This document shows, one piece after another, positions 18,273-32,011 of a DNA stretch of 64,000 bases. The stretch's first letter is position 1. Every line of letters begins with the position of its first letter. Made by a program: the position numbers and the translations under genes. The stretch is from the NCBI GenBank assembly GCA_963770835.1, contig CAVYRH010000002.1, positions 32,001-96,000 on the forward strand, given 5' to 3'. The notes beneath the pieces were generated by a model that was not told where the DNA came from, made no database searches, and was given only the letters and a program-made list of their open reading frames with translations. The stretch comes from an uncultured Pseudomonadota bacterium (GTDB taxonomy: Bacteria > Oederibacteriota > Muellerivitia > Muellerivitales > Muellerivitaceae).

Positions 18273-20297
18273 TTGGCGGTTCAATCCCGAAGAAACCCTT
18301 CCCGCCACAGCCTCCTACCCTGGTGGTTGGTTTCCTTTCTATTCTGCACCGTCTTTACGGTGTATACCTTAACGCTCAATCCCTCGCTCTTTAGGAACGA
18401 CTCACCCGAAACCATCACCGCCTGCGTCACCCTGGGGGTTTGCCACCCGCCCGGTTATCCTCTACACACACTGCTGGGCCGCCTCTTTTCCCTAGTGGAA
18501 CCAGGGAACCCGGCCATGGCTCTCAACTTTTTTTCGGCCATCCTAGGGGCGATTGGGACTTGCCTGTTGGCTGCCAATCTCTTCATTTTATCGGGAAGGT
18601 TCACCCCGATGAAGGGACACCGTAACCCAGCCCCCTTGATGGTAGCCTGCATGGTTGGTGCCCAGTCCTTCGCCTTCTCCAAAAGCTATTGGAGTGCCGC
18701 CTTGGCTGCAAAGGGCGGAATTTACGTGTTCCAAGCGGCCTTGGAGCTTGGAACGCTCCTTTATTTTCAACTGGAGGCCCAAAAGATAAAAAACTCTGGG
18801 GCTGCTATTTCATCCGGCTCTTTTTACTTTTTTGTTTTTCTTTTCTCCTTGGGCTTCGCCAACCAGTGGCCCACCCAAATGCTGTTGATACCTGTCATTA
18901 GCCTAGGAATTTTCATTTATTCCCGCCACAAACGGTTCAACCTTATAAAAAAAATTTCTTGGAAGTGGATTTGGAACGGTTTGACCATTGCGATGATCGT
19001 CCTGAGCCTTTATCTTTACCTCCCTCTTCGTGCCCACCTATATCCAGCCTTAAATTTCGGGGCGCCTTTCACCCTTCGCCGACTGGCAGTTTCTCTTTTA
19101 CGGACTTCCTACTTTAAGAGGGAAACCCTGGCTTCCTTTATACCCACGGCCTTTTCCACGGTTCAGGAAAAGGCTTCATACATTTCCAACCGTTTCGGGA
19201 ACGAATACAGCGTCTTGTTCAGCCTTTTGGCCCTCCTCGGCGGTTATTGGCTTTGGAAACGCGGGCTTAAAAACGAACTACTTTTTCTTCTCGTCTTGTT
19301 GCTCACCACCCTCGGGGCCAACCTACTCTACCTGCAGGTTTCGCCGATTGAGTTCTGGCACATGGACGACCATTTGATGACTGTCAATTGGGTGATGGCG
19401 ATCCTGGGGTGCATGGGGGTTTACCGCCTTGGTACAATGGCGTCCGAACATGGGACCGTTAAATATGCTTTGTCCTTCCTGTTAGTCCTGCCCTTTTTTA
19501 CCCTTCAAAAAAACCTCGCTCTGAATGACCAGAGCCGAGAATTCCTGTTTCATGGTTATGGGATGGAAGCCCTCCAATCCATGCGCAGAAACGCCCGCTA
19601 TTTCGCCGAATCCGATTTCGATTATTTCTCAATACTGTACTTAAAGGAAGCAGAGCACAAACGGCCTGACGTTGACTTGACACTTACAACTTTTATGACC
19701 AAAAGTGCTTGGGAGGGTCTAGTTTGTCGCTTTTCTTCAACCCCGCCGGTCGGCAGCCAGCCTGTTTACTGCGCTTTCCCCAACGGGGACTTTGTTAACA
19801 GATACCTTTTCTTCGCCAAAACTGCTTTCTTCAGACCCCAGGGGACGATCACTGAGTTTATGCCCTTAAAATCGTCTGATAACCGCAAATCACTCCAACC
19901 GCTTGAAGGGCTCTGGGAAAGATATCTGGCCCCAGGGCGAAGAAGTATCAACCCGATCGATGGTTTTCTGTTGGAGCTTTGCGCCCATCCTTACCTCAAC
20001 ACTGCCGACTTCCTGAGACTGAGGGGCGACTTAACCTGTTGGGATCCGCTCTATGAAAAAGGCTTGAGCCTGATCAGTGAGAATCCCTGGCTGGCGGAAA
20101 CCTGGGCCCGGCGTGCCGAAGGGGATGCCGCGCTCGGAGAAAAAAGAGAAGCCGCGGCGGACTATGAGATGGCGGCATTCCAATACCAGGGCGCAGGCCT
20201 TTCAGATAAGGCTCGGTTGAACCTTCAAAAAGCGCTGGCCTTGGACCCCTCCAATCCCGAGCTCCGGCAGGCCTTGACCGACATGGGCCGCCCCTGA
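18273..20297 (+). CDS. DUF2723 / TMEM260-like putative protein O-mannosyltransferase (GT-C) with C-terminal TPR
   Basis: DSPETITACVTLGVCHPPGYPL signature, YLYLPLRA, about 11 TMs, C-terminal KALALDPSN; TTG start with AAGGAGG. Confidence 0.85.
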   Translation: MAVQSRRNPSRHSLLPWWLVSFLFCTVFTVYTLTLNPSLFRNDSPETITACVTLGVCHPPGYPLHTLLGRLFSLVEPGNPAMALNFFSAILGAIGTCLLAANLFILSGRFTPMKGHRNPAPLMVACMVGAQSFAFSKSYWSAALAAKGGIYVFQAALELGTLLYFQLEAQKIKNSGAAISSGSFYFFVFLFSLGFANQWPTQMLLIPVISLGIFIYSRHKRFNLIKKISWKWIWNGLTIAMIVLSLYLYLPLRAHLYPALNFGAPFTLRRLAVSLLRTSYFKRETLASFIPTAFSTVQEKASYISNRFGNEYSVLFSLLALLGGYWLWKRGLKNELLFLLVLLLTTLGANLLYLQVSPIEFWHMDDHLMTVNWVMAILGCMGVYRLGTMASEHGTVKYALSFLLVLPFFTLQKNLALNDQSREFLFHGYGMEALQSMRRNARYFAESDFDYFSILYLKEAEHKRPDVDLTLTTFMTKSAWEGLVCRFSSTPPVGSQPVYCAFPNGDFVNRYLFFAKTAFFRPQGTITEFMPLKSSDNRKSLQPLEGLWERYLAPGRRSINPIDGFLLELCAHPYLNTADFLRLRGDLTCWDPLYEKGLSLISENPWLAETWARRAEGDAALGEKREAAADYEMAAFQYQGAGLSDKARLNLQKALALDPSNPELRQALTDMGRP

Positions 20298-20301
20298 AAA
20301 T

Positions 20302-20337
20302 AAAAAAACCCGATCCCTCTTTCGAAGGGTCGGGTTC
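20302..20337. terminator. Terminator hairpin between the convergent DUF2723 gene and the rRNA operon
   Basis: AAAAAAACCCGATCCCT..AGGGTCGGGTT; T-run on the minus strand. Confidence 0.75.
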
Positions 20338-20346
20338 ATTTAAAAA

Positions 20347-20465
<119 letters not shown>

Positions 20466-20577
20466 CAACGATCTCAATTACTGTACTGTTTATAACAGTA
20501 ATGGATATTAATTCAACGATAGAAATACCACTTTCTTGAACCTTGAGTGCGATAGAAGATGCGATGGAAATGAAACA

Positions 20578-23596
<3,019 letters not shown>

Positions 23597-23821
23597 CATG
23601 TTTCTTCGCCACCGCATAAGAATCTTCTATGCACTCGGTTCAGCTTACATAGTAGTATTTCTATCGTTTTTCAAAGAACAAACCCGATCCCCCGAAGGAG
23701 ATGCGCCCGACCCATTTGGCCGGAAGAAGCTTTTCGTCTTTCGACAAAAAAGCTCCATGAATCTTTCATGAACCCAAAAGATTCATGCAGCTTTTACTCT
23801 GGTGAACACATTCACCCAAAT

Positions 23822-23897
23822 TGGTGGAGATGACCGGGATCGAACCGGTGACCCCCTGCTTGCAAAGCAGGTGCTCTCCCAACTGAGCTACATCCCC
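23822..23897 (-). tRNA. tRNA-Ala(TGC)
   Basis: GGGGATGTAGCTCAGTTGGGAGAGCACCTGCTTTGCAAGCAGG..TTCGATCCCGGTCATCTCCACCA. Confidence 0.97.
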
Positions 23898-23935
23898 TCC
23901 GCTCAACATCGCCAGATCAGCCCACTCCCAAAAGA

Positions 23936-24012
23936 TGGTGGGCCTAACTGGAGTCGAACCAGTCACCTCACCCTTATCAGGGGCGCGCTCTAACCAACTG
24001 AGCTATAGGCCC
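23936..24012 (-). tRNA. tRNA-Ile(GAT)
   Basis: GGGCCTATAGCTCAGTTGGTTAGAGCGCGCCCCTGATAAGGGTG..TTCGACTCCAGTTAGGCCCACCA. Confidence 0.97.
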
Positions 24013-24185
24013 AATCCAGTTTGGCGAAGGGCACTGACATACACCCAAAAGTTCAACTTCAAATATTGAAAGAACCAATCGAATTGGCCTCTCAAAACTA
24101 AATAGCGCATAACTCGTTCGGGTATCCACTTGGAGTTACGGATAAAGCTAGCCCTTCAAAAAGGGTTACTCATCCATGGTCTCCA

Positions 24186-25733
<1,548 letters not shown>

Positions 25734-25944
25734 AAGAAGACTTTGAGGCTCTAACAACTCAAACTACTTTTGACTTGCACCCAAACTTGTTTCGTATGCA
25801 CTATTTAGTTTTCAAAGACCAATACCGACAAGCATCCATTCGATGCTTACCCCAGGGGTGAAAAGGGACAACAAAACTCACCGCTGCGATGAGCACCGCA
25901 ATCGAAAACAACTTTCTAACTTCCGATTGTTATTGGTTTAGCAC

Positions 25945-25955
25945 TTCAAAGAACA
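25945..25955 (-). promoter_or_regulatory. boxA-like antitermination element in the rRNA leader
   Basis: TGTTCTTTGAA on the minus strand; related copies near 25811 and in the spacer near 23670. Confidence 0.6.
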
Positions 25956-26006
25956 TCTCTTCCAACGAGGGAAGCAGGCCACAAGCCTTAGTGGCCCGGG
26001 GGTGTA

Positions 26007-26035
26007 TTTATACTAAAAGGCTCAAGTGCTGTCAA
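26007..26035 (-). promoter_or_regulatory. sigma70-type rRNA operon promoter
   Basis: TTGACA-17 bp-TATAAA with an AT-rich UP region upstream. Confidence 0.85.
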
Positions 26036-26077
26036 CAAATAATTAAACTTTTTCAATTAAAGTCAAGTTTTAATGGG

Positions 26078-27569
26078 TTACAGAAGCTTTGTAGCAGCCG
26101 GAACTGGCGAAACCTTTGAAATTGGCGTATTTTCAGTAGAAGATTGCGATATCCAACTGGAAATAAAATCCTTAGCCTGCCGATAATTCGTTACCAAGTC
26201 CCCAAAACTCTTAATTTTCCTGCAGTCTTTTGAGAATATAGCCGGGCCGTAAATAAAAGGCCCTATAGGCCATTTTCCGAGCTTCTTGAAGCTGTTCCAT
26301 CGACAATCCCGGCATGTTTAAAATGGGTTGGTTTAATTCGTATTTCGCGTAATCTTCGGTTGTAATCCAACCTTCTTTTTTACCCATTGCTTCTAATTCT
26401 GTTTTGGGGAAAGGAATGGCGCAATAAAACTGGGCATAGTCAGGATCCAATTCTTTTACGTATTGGATGGTTTCTTTTATTGTTTCCATCGTTTCACCGG
26501 GAAGACCGAAAATAATATGCGTTAGAACTTCGATTCCGGCTTCTTTTGTCTGTTTCACGGCGATTCGAGCTTGTTCAGCCGTGGCGCCTTTCTTCATGTT
26601 CTTTAAGATTTCTTCCACGCCCGATTCCACCCCATAAGAAACACCGATGCAGCCAGAAGAACGCATTTCTCTCAAAACCTCCGGATCCACGTGGTCCACT
26701 CGACTATTGGCCATCCACCTGATCTTTTTCTCCAGTCCCCGTTTTTTAAGTTCAGTGCAGACTTCCATGACGAATTTTCTGTTCTGGTTGAAGGTGTCAG
26801 ACCACATGGTGAAATTGCGAAGTCCATGTTTTTCAAGGCATTCTTGCATTTCATCCACCACATTTTCAGCGCTGCGCAGGCGAACTTTCTTGCCGTAATA
26901 CTGGTAGGCCGTGCAATAAATGCAGGAATAAGGGCATCCGCGGCTTGTAATAATGAGGGTATAAGGTTCATTGATAACCGGAAGAGTATACTTCGCATTG
27001 TCCAACAAATGCCGCGCCGCGAAGGGCAGGTCATCCAAATTCTCATTAAACGGCCTGTCCTCGTTGTGAAGGATGGTCCCGTCGACTTTTTTAAATGAAA
27101 TCCCCAAAACTTTCAGGAGATCCCTTCCTGTATCAATGGCATCCACCAAATCCTGAGCTGTCAATTCAGGCTCCCTGCGGATGACCGAATCCAAACCAGA
27201 GGCAGATAATACTTCCTCAGGCAATGAGGTGGCATGGTTGCCGATCACCGTGAAATGGGCCTTCGTCAGCGGACGCATCATATTAATGACTTCAACATCA
27301 CTAGAGGAAGTGGCAGTCGACATGTTGAAAAGAACAAAGGAAGGATCGAATTCTTGGATAGCTTTTTTTAAACCTTTCACATCCACATCGTTGGCGATAC
27401 AATCCAGAAGTTTCACTTCGTGTTTTTGGGCTTCCAAGGCTCCCGCGATCATGGGAAGAGAAATAGGAACCATCACATATTGAAAGGAATTTAATCGCTG
27501 CTCACAGCGCCCTTCCCGGATGTATTTCATACCGGTGCATGTCGGGGGGTTCACAATCATGGTTTTCAA
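26078..27569 (-). CDS. B12-binding (class B) radical SAM protein; apparent 1-nt insertion near 26220
   Basis: CPYSCIYC, TSRGCP, N-terminal cobalamin-binding fold, YGVESG. TTG start with GGAGG. The track stop at 26211 looks premature: the shifted frame continues RKIKSFWDL.. to TAA at 26078. Confidence 0.88.
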
Positions 27570-27729
27570 GAAACACCTCCTAAACTTAATGGGAAAAGTT
27601 GGAAAACAATAACAACCAGGCATCACATGGGATTTTCATGGATTTCAAGAGACGGGCAGGCCCCTAACTACAGGTTAATTATAACGCCAAACCTGACTAC
27701 TTTCATTCAAATACCACATAACTGGGATT

Positions 27730-28674
27730 TCAAAGGCGATCCCACTTCCAACAAGCCACTTTCCATTCATTTTCGTTACATATAAGCTCTTGCTTTTCAA
27801 CCCGGCAGCGGCCTTCAGCAAATGCACAGCGCGGGTGAAAGGAGCATCCAGAAGGAATTTGTGCCGGATTAGGTGGTTCCCCCTTGATTTTGACTCCCTT
27901 CCCTTCGCTAGCTTCCAGTAAAACTCGGGTATAGGGATGTCGGGGCCTGTCTAACACCTCGTCTGTTTTCCCCTCCTCTACCACCTTTCCTAAATACATC
28001 ACCAGAACACGTTGGCTGAGGTAACCCACCACCTGCAGATCATGGGAAATAAACAGGTAGGCTATTTTCTTTTCCTGATTTAGGCGGGAAAGAAGATTCA
28101 ATATTGAAGCCTGGACTGAAACATCCAGCGAAGAAACAGGTTCATCCAAAACAATTAGCTCCGGTTGACAGGCAAGAGCGCGGGCTAGACCTATTCGTTG
28201 GCATTGCCCTCCAGAAAATTCATGCGGATATTTCTTTAAATCTCCTTCCGATAGGCCCACTTGCCAGAGTAGGGCCTTTACAAAGCTAGTTCTTTCCGAA
28301 GACCCCAACAAATCATGCACTTCCAAAGGTTCTCGAAGAAGGTCTCCAACCCTCTGGCGGGGATTTAAGGAAGCATAAGGGTTTTGAAAAACCATCTGAA
28401 ACTTCTTTTGAAGCGATCTTCTTTGGAGGTCTCCAAGTTTTTTCCCTTCGAGACCATCCCACCAAACAGCCCCCGAGGTTGGTTCATAAAGTCCAACCGC
28501 ACAATGGCCCAAGGTGCTCTTACCGCATCCCGACTCACCCACCACGCCGACAATCTGCCCGGTTTCAATATCAACGGAAACGTCATCAACGGCTTTCACA
28601 AAAACCGTGGGACGGCCCAGTAAGCCGCGTTGCACCGGAAAATGTTTAGCTATCTTTTGGATGGATAAAAGCAT
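27730..28674 (-). CDS. Oligopeptide/dipeptide ABC transporter ATP-binding protein (OppF/DppF-like)
   Basis: [36 protein letters not shown] tail. Confidence 0.93.
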   Translation of the reverse strand: MLLSIQKIAKHFPVQRGLLGRPTVFVKAVDDVSVDIETGQIVGVVGESGCGKSTLGHCAVGLYEPTSGAVWWDGLEGKKLGDLQRRSLQKKFQMVFQNPYASLNPRQRVGDLLREPLEVHDLLGSSERTSFVKALLWQVGLSEGDLKKYPHEFSGGQCQRIGLARALACQPELIVLDEPVSSLDVSVQASILNLLSRLNQEKKIAYLFISHDLQVVGYLSQRVLVMYLGKVVEEGKTDEVLDRPRHPYTRVLLEASEGKGVKIKGEPPNPAQIPSGCSFHPRCAFAEGRCRVEKQELICNENEWKVACWKWDRL

Positions 28675-29627
28675 CGAACCCTGTGGTCTTTCCTTATTTC
28701 ATCCAATATCGGACTTTCTTCGCGACATCGAGTGTCTGCCCGGGGGCACCGGTTCGCGAAAGCGCATCCAGTTAAGGCTTCAAAGGGTGTCGGAATGACT
28801 CCGCCAATGGTGAAAAGTGGGCGGCCCTTATTGGAAAACTCCGGCAGGGACGCCAATAACCCTTCCGTATAGGGATGCTGGGGATGGTTAAATATCTCTC
28901 CCGGCACTCCCTCTTCCACCACTAATCCCAGGTATAAAATCGCCACGCGGTCAGCATGACCTCGCACAATTTTGAGGTTGTGCGTAATGAACAGCACGGA
29001 TAATCGGTGCTGTTCTGTCATCCGGAATAGAAGATCCAGGATTTGGGTTTGGACCGTGACATCCAACGCGGTTGTGGGTTCATCCGCAATGAGTAACGAA
29101 GGCTCGCAGGCAATGGCCATAGCAATCATAATCCGTTGACACATTCCCCCTGAAAGCTGATGTGGATATTGATGCATAATGCGGTCAGGGTCGGGCAACC
29201 CGACCTCCACCAAGAGAGAACCAATTTTCAGCCGAATCTCCGAATCCGAAAGAACGGTATGGGTTCGCAAGATCTCTGCTATTTGTGTCCCGACCGGGAT
29301 AACCGGGTTCAAAGAGCTGGTAGGTTCTTGAAAAATCATCCCAATCTTTCGACCTCGAATTTTCCTCCATTCTAATTCCGGGATCGTACCCAAGTCCTGG
29401 CCTTTGAGCTTTATCTTTCCTTCCACCATCTCCATTGGGGGTTTGGGCAGCAGGTTCAGGATCGAGAGCGCCGTCATGCTCTTTCCGCATCCCGATTCCC
29501 CCACCAGCGCCAGTCGTTCCCCTTCCCCCAAAGAAAGGTCAATCCCTCTCAACACCCATCCTTGCCGACCTGTTTCAAGGTTTTTTAGGCCGACTTTCAA
29601 ATTTTGAATGGATAGCAGTTCGGGCAA
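28650..29627 (-). CDS. Oligopeptide/dipeptide ABC transporter ATP-binding protein (OppD/DppD-like)
   Basis: [36 protein letters not shown]. Start uncertain: TTG at 29627 assumed, track extends to 29750. Confidence 0.92.
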   Translation of the reverse strand: MPELLSIQNLKVGLKNLETGRQGWVLRGIDLSLGEGERLALVGESGCGKSMTALSILNLLPKPPMEMVEGKIKLKGQDLGTIPELEWRKIRGRKIGMIFQEPTSSLNPVIPVGTQIAEILRTHTVLSDSEIRLKIGSLLVEVGLPDPDRIMHQYPHQLSGGMCQRIMIAMAIACEPSLLIADEPTTALDVTVQTQILDLLFRMTEQHRLSVLFITHNLKIVRGHADRVAILYLGLVVEEGVPGEIFNHPQHPYTEGLLASLPEFSNKGRPLFTIGGVIPTPFEALTGCAFANRCPRADTRCREESPILDEIRKDHRVRCFYPSKR

Positions 29628-29679
29628 CTTGGGATACTCTTTCAGATCTACGTTTTTAGAATGGTTGAGGTTGCTTCTG

Positions 29680-30465
29680 TTAAAGTGAACTCGCGTTTTT
29701 AAACTGAATATCCATGGAAGGATATTCAATGGTGGCATAGTGTCCCTCAAAAAAGGGCCCCGGATTCACCACCACCGCTTCTCCCAATTTCACTGTACCT
29801 TGTCCCGATTTTGCCCTACCGCATAAAACCAGCTTGGGAGAAACTTTTTCGATCAGCTCATTAATCAGAAGAACTCCGCAATGTTCGTCACCGGACCGGT
29901 CCAACCGGCAAACAGGCGGCGAATGAAACAAAAGTATTTTTTCCCCAGGGAAATATTCAATACGCCTCAAGGCAAATTCCACCCACATACGGGAATATTG
30001 GAGAACCAGTTCCCGGTTGTCCTCACTGACGTTCATGTCGCCGCCGAATCCAGCCACCATGAATTGGTCTTCCCGGTACATCATTTCATGGACCGGCCGT
30101 AAATTGGGATAGATGTGCGCATAGTTGTAGATCGTCTTGAAATAAAGTGATTCCGGGGCGTCGTTATAACCGGGAACAGCATAAATCACTCTTTGGGTAT
30201 CCGCCAAAGCCAGTAAAAATTGCTGCAGGTGTTCGATGTCCCGGGATATCTCTGCTTGGATTTCTGGATTTTCCACATCGGGTTTGCTGTGGAAACGGCG
30301 GGCCGTTTCATATTCCTGAAGCCGTTGGTCGCCTTTCATGGATCCACCGCAATAAAAAACAGCATCAGGATCTTCCCGTTCGAATATCCGGGGGATAGCG
30401 GGCAAATATTCACCGGCGCCGTGATAATCGGTCAAGCACACAAACTTCACTGGGATCCCCCTCAA
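29680..30465 (-). CDS. Metallophosphoesterase-fold protein with degenerate metal sites (TT1561/aq_1956-like)
   Basis: TDYHG, VPGYNDAP, VHE, LFHSPP, VVNPG pattern. Confidence 0.7.
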   Translation of the reverse strand: MRGIPVKFVCLTDYHGAGEYLPAIPRIFEREDPDAVFYCGGSMKGDQRLQEYETARRFHSKPDVENPEIQAEISRDIEHLQQFLLALADTQRVIYAVPGYNDAPESLYFKTIYNYAHIYPNLRPVHEMMYREDQFMVAGFGGDMNVSEDNRELVLQYSRMWVEFALRRIEYFPGEKILLFHSPPVCRLDRSGDEHCGVLLINELIEKVSPKLVLCGRAKSGQGTVKLGEAVVVNPGPFFEGHYATIEYPSMDIQFKNASSL

Positions 30466-30682
30466 AAAATCGGGTGGGCGGCATATTCCTAGACCGCCTT
30501 ATTTTGCCAAACCGTTATCTTAATTGCGACATTCTAGAGTCTCCGATACAATTTTGCTCTATTAAATTCCCAGTTGATCGGCCCTGAAATCCTCAAGTCG
30601 AATTAATGATTAAATTTATTCGAGTTCGGTCGATACAAAGACAATCCTTGACCCCCGTTATTAATTAAGAAAGACTCATCTC

Positions 30683-32005
30683 ATGCCAAAATACCAGAAC
30701 CCATATTTCACCTTGCCCGATGGAACCTTAAAGCACATCAACCCCCTTACCGGTACTGAAGTCTGGACCGTACCCACAAGGGCTCATCGTCCATTCTATA
30801 ATCGCTCCCTAAAACCTTCGAAACCCTTACCGAAAATTCAAAAAGAGAATTACTGCGACTTTTGCCAAACCGAGTATTTTCGTACCCCTCCCGAAAAAGC
30901 AAGGATCAACCAAACTTTCGATGGAAACTACCAAAAACTTGAAAAGTTAAACCCAGACCTCTTAGAGGGTTCTTACGCCATTTTCCGCAGGGTGGCCAAC
31001 CTTTTTGAGATTGTCACCATTGAATACTGGATCAAAAACCATGGTTTCGAGTTCTCCAATGCCCAATCACTATGGAAACGGAACTATCTGGATAATCCGC
31101 GTGGGCTGGAACATGTGCTCCAACTTATCGACGTGAAATTAAAGCTCTCTGGAAAACCGGATGATGAAATCGCCAAAATGTCAATTCAGGAAAAATTAAA
31201 TTTGGCCGACAGCTTTTTCGCGGGGGCCCACGAGCTGATTATTTCCGGCCGGCATTACCGACCTGGTGCCGAATGGGACAATGAACTTTATTCCTCCGGC
31301 GAAATGAGCCCGGAGGAACATTACCGCTACATGCGGTTTACCATAGACGCCATGATGGATATTTATTCCAATAACCGTTACGTCCGTTATGTCACCGTTT
31401 TTCAAAACTGGCTTCAGGATGCTGGCGCTTCTTTTGACCACTTACATAAGCAATTGGTGGGACTGGATGAATGGGGAACTTCCATCCAAGCGGAACTGGA
31501 AGTTGTTCGGGAAAATCCAACGATTTATAACGACTCCATCGTGAATTTTTCGGCTTACCACAACCTTGTCTTTGCCGAAAACAACCACGCCATCGCGTTA
31601 TCCGAAATCGGGCACCGTTATCCAACCCTGGCCATTTATTCTAAAAGCAGAAACGCGCGGCCGGACGAACATACCGAGGAGGAGCTGAGAGGATTTTCCG
31701 ACTTAGTTCACGCTTGCCACGCCGCCATGGGAAGCCATATCCCTTGCAACGAGGAATGGTATTATTCCCCCCGGGACTCCGTCCAGGTTATGCCATGGCA
31801 CATTTTAATTAAATGGAGGACCGTAAATCCTGCGGGATTTGAGGGTGGGACTAAAATTTTCATCAATCCCGTTTCACCCGTTGCCTTGAGGAATCAAGTG
31901 GTTCCCCGCTTATACGAATTGAGAACCCAGGGAAAAATCAAAAACATCCGAATCGCAACCGAATGTGAATTGAATCCCAATCCGCTTCTTTACGGTCAAA
32001 AGTAA
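30683..32005 (+). CDS. DUF4921 family (GalT/HIT-like) protein
   Basis: DGTLKHINPLTGTEVWTVP, FQNWLQDAGASFDHLHKQL, AGFEGGTKI. Confidence 0.85.
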   Translation: MPKYQNPYFTLPDGTLKHINPLTGTEVWTVPTRAHRPFYNRSLKPSKPLPKIQKENYCDFCQTEYFRTPPEKARINQTFDGNYQKLEKLNPDLLEGSYAIFRRVANLFEIVTIEYWIKNHGFEFSNAQSLWKRNYLDNPRGLEHVLQLIDVKLKLSGKPDDEIAKMSIQEKLNLADSFFAGAHELIISGRHYRPGAEWDNELYSSGEMSPEEHYRYMRFTIDAMMDIYSNNRYVRYVTVFQNWLQDAGASFDHLHKQLVGLDEWGTSIQAELEVVRENPTIYNDSIVNFSAYHNLVFAENNHAIALSEIGHRYPTLAIYSKSRNARPDEHTEEELRGFSDLVHACHAAMGSHIPCNEEWYYSPRDSVQVMPWHILIKWRTVNPAGFEGGTKIFINPVSPVALRNQVVPRLYELRTQGKIKNIRIATECELNPNPLLYGQK

Positions 32006-32011
32006 CATTCT

